A DNA stretch of 64,000 bases from Candidatus Omnitrophota bacterium. GTDB taxonomy: Bacteria; Omnitrophota; Gorgyraeia; Zapsychrales; Fredricksoniimonadaceae. The notes beneath the pieces are model-generated. The model saw only the letters and a list, made by a program, of their open reading frames with translations, did not search any database and was not told the DNA's origin. The stretch spans positions 133,428 through 197,427 of the forward strand of contig JBGAJA010000003.1 in the NCBI GenBank assembly GCA_044225175.1, in the 5' to 3' direction. The position numbers were made by a program, and so were the translations under genes. Positions 57,563 to 64,000 of the stretch are shown here, piece after piece (positions within the stretch are counted from its first letter, which is position 1; each line of letters opens with the position of its first letter).

Positions 57563-58933
57563 ATGAAGTCTATTGATCCAACAACTGGGCAGGTCATTAA
57601 AACATACCAAGAGCATTCGCTGGAAGAGTGTATCAATATTGTTCATCAAGCAGAATATGCTTTTCAATCATGGAGAAGGCTTTCTTTAGAAGAACGTTCA
57701 GAGAAAATGAGGCAAATGGCGGTCTTTCTACGACGAGACAAAGGGTTCTTTGCAGGGTTGATGGCTCAAGAAATGGGTAAGCCTTTAAAGCAGGGTGAAG
57801 GTGAGATTGAAAAGTGTGCCTGGGTCTGTGAATATTTTGCTGATGAAGCAAAGAATTATTTGGCAGATGAAATAGTTAAAACAGATGCGAAGCAAAGTTA
57901 TATTCATTATGAACCATTGGGAGTCATTTTGGCTGTGATGCCATGGAATTTTCCTTTTTGGCAGGTTTTTCGTTGCGCTGCACCAATATTAATGGCAGGA
58001 AATTCCATTGTGCTTAAGCATGCCTCTAATGTGTGCGGTTCAGCTCTTGCTATTGAGAATCTTTTTAAGTTAGGCGGATTTCCTGATGGACTTCTGCGCA
58101 GTGTATTTATCAATAATGAAAAGGTGCAGAAGGTCATTGAGGAGCCTTTGATTAGAGCTATTACAGTTACAGGAAGTCTAGGCGCAGGGCAAGCAGTTGC
58201 ATCAAAAGCAGGGGCGATGGTTAAGAAATGCGTGTTGGAGTTAGGAGGAAGCGATCCTTATATTATTTTAGAAGATGCTAATTTAAAGGAAGCAGCAGAA
58301 ACGTGTGCTTCATCTCGTATGATCAATGCAGGACAAAGTTGTGTGTCTGCTAAACGTTTCATAGTAGTTAAGTCCGTTCAGGAAGAGTTTACAAATTTAT
58401 TTATTGCGAATATACGCAAGCAAAAGATGGGGGCTCCTATGCAGGAAGGAGTCACCTTAGGACCTTTGGCGCGTCACGATCTAAGGGATCAGCTTCATAA
58501 ACAAGTTCAAGAATCAATTAAGAAAGGTGCACGTCTTTTATTGGGAGGGGAAATACCAGAGGGGCCGGGGGCTTTCTATCCTCCAACTGTCTTAACTGAT
58601 GTTGCTTTTGATATGCCAGCTTATCACGAAGAGCTTTTTGGACCTGTGGCTTCCATCATTTCAGCATTAGATGAACAAGATGCGCTGCGTCTTGCTAATG
58701 ATTCTGTGTTTGGGCTTGGAAGTGCTGTTTTTACGAGTGATCTTAAGAGGGGGCAGCACTTGGCAGTAGAATTGCAAGCGGGGTGCTGTTTTGTCAATGA
58801 ATCTGTTAAATCGGATCCGCGTCTTCCTTTTGGGGGGATTAAACAATCAGGGTATGGACGAGAACTATCTGCATTTGGGATAAGGGAATTCGTCAATGTT
58901 AAAACTGTTTATATCGGGGAGGCTTCAAAATGA
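57563..58933 (+). CDS. NAD(P)-dependent succinate-semialdehyde dehydrogenase family
   Basis: MPWNFPFWQ, LELGGSDP, GQSC, EELFGP, PFGGIKQSGYGRE. Confidence 0.88.
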   Translation: MKSIDPTTGQVIKTYQEHSLEECINIVHQAEYAFQSWRRLSLEERSEKMRQMAVFLRRDKGFFAGLMAQEMGKPLKQGEGEIEKCAWVCEYFADEAKNYLADEIVKTDAKQSYIHYEPLGVILAVMPWNFPFWQVFRCAAPILMAGNSIVLKHASNVCGSALAIENLFKLGGFPDGLLRSVFINNEKVQKVIEEPLIRAITVTGSLGAGQAVASKAGAMVKKCVLELGGSDPYIILEDANLKEAAETCASSRMINAGQSCVSAKRFIVVKSVQEEFTNLFIANIRKQKMGAPMQEGVTLGPLARHDLRDQLHKQVQESIKKGARLLLGGEIPEGPGAFYPPTVLTDVAFDMPAYHEELFGPVASIISALDEQDALRLANDSVFGLGSAVFTSDLKRGQHLAVELQAGCCFVNESVKSDPRLPFGGIKQSGYGRELSAFGIREFVNVKTVYIGEASK

Positions 58934-59247
58934 AAAATATACAAAGAAATCGTAGTTTTAGGTTGTTTCTATTAATGGTGCTTGTGTTTAGTTTTACTAC
59001 AATTCAATTATTTTCAGGCTGTGCTCATACACAAAAGACAACCACAACTGAGACAACCGTAACAACAGATCATCCAGATACATATTCAGACCAATCGACT
59101 ACAACGACAACAGATACCACTCAGAGTAATACAGAAGTCAAAGACGAACCACGAGGTGTTGTTGGTAGCCTATTTCACTTCATTGGTTCTGTGATTGCAT
59201 TTCCATTTAGAGTCATAGGTGGTGCTCTCAAAGGGCTATTTGGTTAA
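58930..59247 (+). CDS. Thr-rich lipoprotein
   Basis: Lipobox FSGC; Thr-rich linker; amphipathic C-terminus. Confidence 0.6.
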   Translation: MKNIQRNRSFRLFLLMVLVFSFTTIQLFSGCAHTQKTTTTETTVTTDHPDTYSDQSTTTTTDTTQSNTEVKDEPRGVVGSLFHFIGSVIAFPFRVIGGALKGLFG

Positions 59248-59266
59248 AATGACCTTATAAATGTGC

Positions 59267-59289
59267 AAAAAGGTGTCAGACACCTTTTT
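59267..59289. repeat. palindrome AAAAAGGTGTC-A-GACACCTTTTT
   Basis: Second copy at 59930-59952 on the other side of the FMN reductase gene. Confidence 0.7.
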
Positions 59290-59322
59290 AAATATAAACA
59301 TCATTAAGTGTGTGGGGGAAAT

Positions 59323-59895
59323 ATGGGCGTTAAAATATTGGCTTTTGCAGGCAGTGTTAGACAAGAGTCTTTTAATAGGAAATTGATTAAAATAGCAGTT
59401 CAAGAGGCTTCTAAGGCAGGCGCTCAAGTGACATTAATTGAGCTGCGGGATTATTCTCTGCCTTTATTTGATCAAGATTTGGAAGCCTCCGGCGGTTTGC
59501 CTGCGAACGCAAAGAAATTAAAAGAGTTATTTAAGAGTCATGATGGCTTATTATTCTCGTGCCCAGAATATAATAGTTCCATAACACCTTTATTTAAAAA
59601 CACCATTGACTGGGTCTCCCGCAAAGAGGGGAATGAAGAATCCCTTGCGGCTTTTACCGGTAAAACCGCGGCCTTACTTAGCGCCTCCCCCGGCGCTTTG
59701 GGAGGCCTGCGGGGCCTTGTTCATGTGCGTTCCATGCTAAGCAATATAGGTGTGATTGTGATGCCTAACCAGGCTGCAGTCAGCAAGGCCGGAGAAGCAT
59801 TTAATAGCGATGGAACCCTTAAAGACCCAAAACAACTAGATGCAGTTACTAAAGTTGTCCAAGATCTAGTTAAAGCTACCGAGAAATTGAAGTAG
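59323..59895 (+). CDS. NAD(P)H-dependent FMN reductase
   Basis: AGSVRQESFN, PEYNSS, KNTIDWVSR, SASPGALGG. Confidence 0.9.
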   Translation: MGVKILAFAGSVRQESFNRKLIKIAVQEASKAGAQVTLIELRDYSLPLFDQDLEASGGLPANAKKLKELFKSHDGLLFSCPEYNSSITPLFKNTIDWVSRKEGNEESLAAFTGKTAALLSASPGALGGLRGLVHVRSMLSNIGVIVMPNQAAVSKAGEAFNSDGTLKDPKQLDAVTKVVQDLVKATEKLK

Positions 59896-59919
59896 AGACA
59901 GGTTTTGACGTGTCTCTAC
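59892..59919. repeat. GTAG-type REP-like palindrome
   Basis: GTAGAGACA-N10-TGTCTCTAC overlapping the stop codon. Confidence 0.6.
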
Positions 59920-59929
59920 AGTAATAGTT

Positions 59930-59952
59930 AAAAAGGTGTCTGACACCTTTTT
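59930..59952. repeat. palindrome AAAAAGGTGTC-T-GACACCTTTTT
   Basis: Reverse complement of the 59267 copy. Confidence 0.7.
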
Positions 59953-60225
59953 ATAACTTTCAGCATTATCTTTGCTTTATATGGATTTGTATGGTATACC
60001 TTTACCTACAGTTTTACACGATTGGCTTAAGCAGGACGTTTTCCAAAGCAAACAAAGTATAAGAATATACTTCTCCCTCCTTAAACCAACCTAAACAACA
60101 ATATTCAATATCTCTGCCTTTTTTATGTTAGACATGTAAGCTTTGGGCTAACTAGAAAGATTGCTAAGCAATCTTTGTTAAAAGTATTTTTGGCCGGGTT
60201 TACTGAAAGAAAAAAAGGATCAGAA

Positions 60226-61518
60226 ATGATAACAAAAAACAATCATCACGAACACGCTGCACCAGCACCCAATGAAGACAATGGGTTCTTCGGGTTAGGC
60301 ATTGCTCCTAAAATTCTAGCAATCTTAGAAAAAATCAAGTTCAAGGTTCCAACACCAATTCAAAAGAAAGCTATTCCAATTGCGATCGAAGGCAAGGACG
60401 TCATTGGGGTCGCTCAAACAGGAACAGGAAAGACATATTCTTTTTCTATTCCTATGATTCAACAATTAGCTCAAAAAGATGGAGTTGCTTTAGTTTTAGC
60501 TCCAACTCGTGAATTAGCTGTTCAAATCGAAGAAGCTGTTCGCATCTTGTCTCAGCCATTTGGCATGAAAACAGCCGTTTTAATTGGCGGTATGCCAATG
60601 AGACCTCAGCATGAAGCTCTTCGCCGTCGTCCTCAAATTATCATCGCAACACCTGGTCGATTCATTGATCATATGGAAAACAAAAACATCATGTTATCTA
60701 AGGTCAGCATGCTTGTTATTGATGAAGCTGATCGTATGCTGGATATGGGTTTCGCTCCTCAAGTGGATCGAATCTTCAAAAATATTCCTAAAGAACGTCA
60801 AACCATGCTTTTTTCAGCCACTATGCCTGCTGAAATCATCCGTATGATTAATGTTCATATGAAGACTCCAATCCACGTAGAAGTGGCTCCTCAAGGAACA
60901 ACCGCTGAGGGCATCACTCAAGAACTCTACATCGTGAAACATGAATCAAAAATTATACTATTAGACAAAATCTTGTCTCAGCGTCCAGGTTCGGTGCTTT
61001 TATTTGCTCGTACCAAGCATGGAGCACATAAGATTGCCAAAGCCATCAAAGAAATGGGACATCGCGTTGCTGAAATCCATTCCGATAAATCTATGTCACA
61101 GCGAAAAGAAGCATTAGATGGGTTTAAATCTGGTCGTTACCGTGTTTTAGTTGCAACAGATATTGCTTCTCGTGGAATTGACGTGAGCAAGATCGAAATG
61201 GTCATCAACTATGATCTTCCAGATGACATTGAAAACTATGTTCATCGTATCGGACGAACTGGACGTGCCGGTCATAAAGGCCATGCGATTTCTTTTGCCA
61301 TGCCGGATCAAAGCCGAGATGTGAAAAACATCGAACGTTTGATGAACAAGCAACTTCCGATCATCAAACATCCTGATGTTCCATCAGCAAGTTTTGATAG
61401 CCCCCAGAAGTTTTCGTTTAGTTCAAGACGAAGAGGTGGCAGCAGCGGTGGAGGATTCAAACCACGTCGACCATCATCTTCTTCGACACCAAGTCGTCAT
61501 AGTCGCTCAAGACGATAA
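60226..61518 (+). CDS. DEAD-box RNA helicase (RhlE-like)
   Basis: AQTGTGKT, PTREL, DEAD, SAT, HRIGRTGR; RBS AAGGA before ATG 60226. Confidence 0.92.
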   Translation: MITKNNHHEHAAPAPNEDNGFFGLGIAPKILAILEKIKFKVPTPIQKKAIPIAIEGKDVIGVAQTGTGKTYSFSIPMIQQLAQKDGVALVLAPTRELAVQIEEAVRILSQPFGMKTAVLIGGMPMRPQHEALRRRPQIIIATPGRFIDHMENKNIMLSKVSMLVIDEADRMLDMGFAPQVDRIFKNIPKERQTMLFSATMPAEIIRMINVHMKTPIHVEVAPQGTTAEGITQELYIVKHESKIILLDKILSQRPGSVLLFARTKHGAHKIAKAIKEMGHRVAEIHSDKSMSQRKEALDGFKSGRYRVLVATDIASRGIDVSKIEMVINYDLPDDIENYVHRIGRTGRAGHKGHAISFAMPDQSRDVKNIERLMNKQLPIIKHPDVPSASFDSPQKFSFSSRRRGGSSGGGFKPRRPSSSSTPSRHSRSRR

Positions 61519-61530
61519 GAGTTAGTATTT

Positions 61531-61569
61531 AAGGGGAGTCAGGTTTGTAAAAACTTGATTCCCTTTTTT
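61531..61569. terminator. terminator between convergent genes
   Basis: AAGGGGAGTCAGGTTT / AAACTTGATTCCCTTT plus T-run. Confidence 0.65.
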
Positions 61570-61579
61570 ATTGGGGAAT

Positions 61580-62623
61580 TTAAACGAATCGGGTTTTATC
61601 AATGGCCTTCATGTAAGCGTCTTGTTTGGAGACTTTTTCTGATTTGACTAATTCCATCAGACAATCATCCATCAAAACCATTCCTGCAGCACGATTAATC
61701 TGAATTTCATTGCTGAGTTTATTAACTTCACCTGTTTGAATAAGATTGCTAATGGCAGAGGTTTGAATCAAGATTTCATAAGCTCCCCAGCGGCGGCCGC
61801 CCTTGATGTCAGGAAGAAGCTGTTGGGCTACAATTGCACTCAAATTATTAGCTAAGACAGTGCGAATCTGATTCTTACGGTTGGCTGGAAAAGTGTCAAT
61901 GATGCGATCAATTGTTTTAGCCGCACAGTTGGTGTGAAGGGTCGCAAAAACTAAGATTCCCATCTCGCTCGCATTCAATGCCAACTCCATCGTTTCTCGA
62001 TCTCGCATTTCTCCGACCAGAATAACATTCGCATCACTTTTGATGGCGCTTCTAAGCCCATTGGCAAAACTTTTAGAGTCACGTCCAATTTCACGATGGC
62101 AAATGATAGATTTTTTGTTGCGATGCACGAATTCGAGCGGTTCTTCTAGGGTAATGATTTTAAGATTATAGTTCGTGTTAATATAATCAATCAAAGCTGC
62201 TAGGGTAGTTGATTTTCCACTTCCTGTTGGACCTGTTACGAAAACTAAGCCTTTTTTAAATTTAGCAAAGTCTTTGATTTTTTCAGGAAGGCTTAATTCT
62301 TCGAAAGATCGGATAACTGAAGGGATGAGTCGAAAGATGCATCCTAGTCCAAAGAAATGTCTAAAGTAATTAGCGCGGAATCGGGCTTGTTCGCCTAATT
62401 CGTAGGCAAAATCCAAATCTCCATGTTTTTGAAAATATTCCCATTGTTCTGGGCGGGGAAGTTCCGACATTAAAGATTGAAGTTTTTCTTTAGTCAAAAC
62501 CTCTTCGCTTATAACAGATAAATGACCATTAATACGGGCTTGAGGCTTTTTGCCTTCTTGCAAATGAAGGTCCGAACCTTTTTTTTCAATCAGAATATTA
62601 AATAAACTATCTATTTGGGCCAT
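61580..62623 (-). CDS. pilT: PilT-family type IV pilus retraction ATPase
   Basis: GSDLHL, RFRAN, GPTGSGKSTT, ILVGEMRD, FATLHT. Confidence 0.88.
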   Translation of the reverse strand: MAQIDSLFNILIEKKGSDLHLQEGKKPQARINGHLSVISEEVLTKEKLQSLMSELPRPEQWEYFQKHGDLDFAYELGEQARFRANYFRHFFGLGCIFRLIPSVIRSFEELSLPEKIKDFAKFKKGLVFVTGPTGSGKSTTLAALIDYINTNYNLKIITLEEPLEFVHRNKKSIICHREIGRDSKSFANGLRSAIKSDANVILVGEMRDRETMELALNASEMGILVFATLHTNCAAKTIDRIIDTFPANRKNQIRTVLANNLSAIVAQQLLPDIKGGRRWGAYEILIQTSAISNLIQTGEVNKLSNEIQINRAAGMVLMDDCLMELVKSEKVSKQDAYMKAIDKTRFV

Positions 62624-62627
62624 GTTC

Positions 62628-63773
62628 TTACATCACTAATGTTTGTGGGTTTTTAACGCGTTCTTTTGCTTGTTCCAGCGAGATTTTTCCTTCAGTCAAT
62701 AATTGTTTGATAGCCGCATCCATAAGAACCATGCCCGCTGCTTTTCCTGTTGCCATGGTATTATTGATTTGGGCAATCCTTCCTTCACGGATAAGATTTG
62801 AAACTGGTTGATTAACAATCAAAACTTCATAGGCTGCAACTAAGCCCGTTCCATCTTTGGTTGGAATCAACTGCTGGCAAATAACCCCTCGCAGAGATTC
62901 AGAAATCATGTTTCTAATAATAGGTTGCTCATCAGCAGGGAAAGAATCAATGACTCTAGAAATGGTTTGAGCCGCGCTCAATGTATTCATGGTGCCAAAG
63001 ACCAAATGTCCCGTCTCAGCCGCTGATATGGCCAATTGAATGGTCGTTAAATCGCGTAATTCACTGACCACAATCACATCAGGATCCTCACGCATAGCAG
63101 CGCGCAGGGCATTTAATTGATGGTGCGTGTGAAGATTGACTTCTCGCTGCGTAAATTCGCAATGTTCTGGTTTATAGACAATCTCAATAGGTTCTTCAAT
63201 CGAAATGATGTGATCGTGCCTGTTTTGGTTAATCATTTCAATTAGAACGGCCAGCGTTGTTGTTTTGCCGCAACCTGCTGGCCCTGCAATCAAGACCATG
63301 CCTTGGGCCCATTTGGTAAGCCCTGCACAAGATGGGGGCATGCCGCTTTGTTCAAATGTGGGAATAGTCATGGGAACCAGGCGAATCGTTGCCTCAATCC
63401 CAAGTCTTTGTTGAACGATCGCCATACGACAGCGACCAAAACCTTCAACCGTATGAACATATTCTTTATCATTATTTAACTTAAATTCATCCATCACTTC
63501 TTTGGGAAGATCTTTGGTAAGCATGCTCTCAATGCTTTGAGGAGTGATTTTTTCTTCCCCAATTTTGACCAATTGGCCAAATTGACGAAAAATAATGGGT
63601 TCTCCAATAGTCAAATGAATGTCGCTAGCTTTTTTAGAGCGTGCGAAGGCAATGATTTCGTTGAGTGAATTAGAAGGAGTGATTTGAGTGGGAACACTAA
63701 TAGTGGAAGCCCCAAGGCCCGTCGACCCAACGTACTCAGCAGGTAAGGGAGGTATGATCTTGTCTTGATTCAT
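62628..63773 (-). CDS. PilT/PilU-family ATPase, second paralogue
   Basis: ASDIHL, GPAGCGKTTT, REDPDVIVVSELRD, AETGHLV, SNLIRE. Confidence 0.85.
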   Translation of the reverse strand: MNQDKIIPPLPAEYVGSTGLGASTISVPTQITPSNSLNEIIAFARSKKASDIHLTIGEPIIFRQFGQLVKIGEEKITPQSIESMLTKDLPKEVMDEFKLNNDKEYVHTVEGFGRCRMAIVQQRLGIEATIRLVPMTIPTFEQSGMPPSCAGLTKWAQGMVLIAGPAGCGKTTTLAVLIEMINQNRHDHIISIEEPIEIVYKPEHCEFTQREVNLHTHHQLNALRAAMREDPDVIVVSELRDLTTIQLAISAAETGHLVFGTMNTLSAAQTISRVIDSFPADEQPIIRNMISESLRGVICQQLIPTKDGTGLVAAYEVLIVNQPVSNLIREGRIAQINNTMATGKAAGMVLMDAAIKQLLTEGKISLEQAKERVKNPQTLVM

Positions 63774-64000
63774 GTAGCCAATATTAGCAGATAATTCGAG
63801 GGAACAAGAATATTAATATCAGTTTTTATGACTTATTTTGAGTGATGCATTTTATTGTGCTGGTTTAATAAAATTAGGATAAATCCTATAATGCCTGCTA
63901 TAGAAACAATAATTACGCCTTCCATTATTTTTCTCCTTTTTTGGATATCGTATATACACTTACGAATAAAAGACCTATACCAAGTATAAAAAGAACAATA

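Overview
AT-rich bacterial chromosomal window. The giant modular secreted-protein family and tandem pilT paralogues suggest Omnitrophota, which is an inference and not verified. Housekeeping and stress genes include System II cytochrome c biogenesis, ada/alkA-ogt, infA, pyk, lpxD, three DEAD-box helicases, a TonB receptor/YfiR/sensor kinase locus, crcB, uup, a general-stress cluster and two pilT. Five things stand out. (1) An 8.7-kb integrative element (35876-44562) carries the 3' half of an initiator tRNA-Met in its att site, yet sits inside an SGNH hydrolase gene at the catalytic D-x-x-H motif. Excision at the shared ATAACCTG would restore a 237-aa enzyme. The element encodes a tyrosine integrase, an excisionase missed by the ORF track, iterons, two XRE repressors with matching operators, and HEPN, TIR/NDT-like and NYN cargo. 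(2) The NYN gene has a twin tetraloop-hairpin leader. (3) Two large proteins have unrelated modules separated by (D/N)xAM motifs and share a C-terminal 'GGID' domain. (4) One of them carries a glucan-water-dikinase-like module. (5) Six promoters share 11-bp-phased TT(C/A)AT repeats placed exactly 16 nt before a -10 box, a candidate OmpR/PhoB-type stress regulon. All calls come from reading the sequence; no database searches were run.
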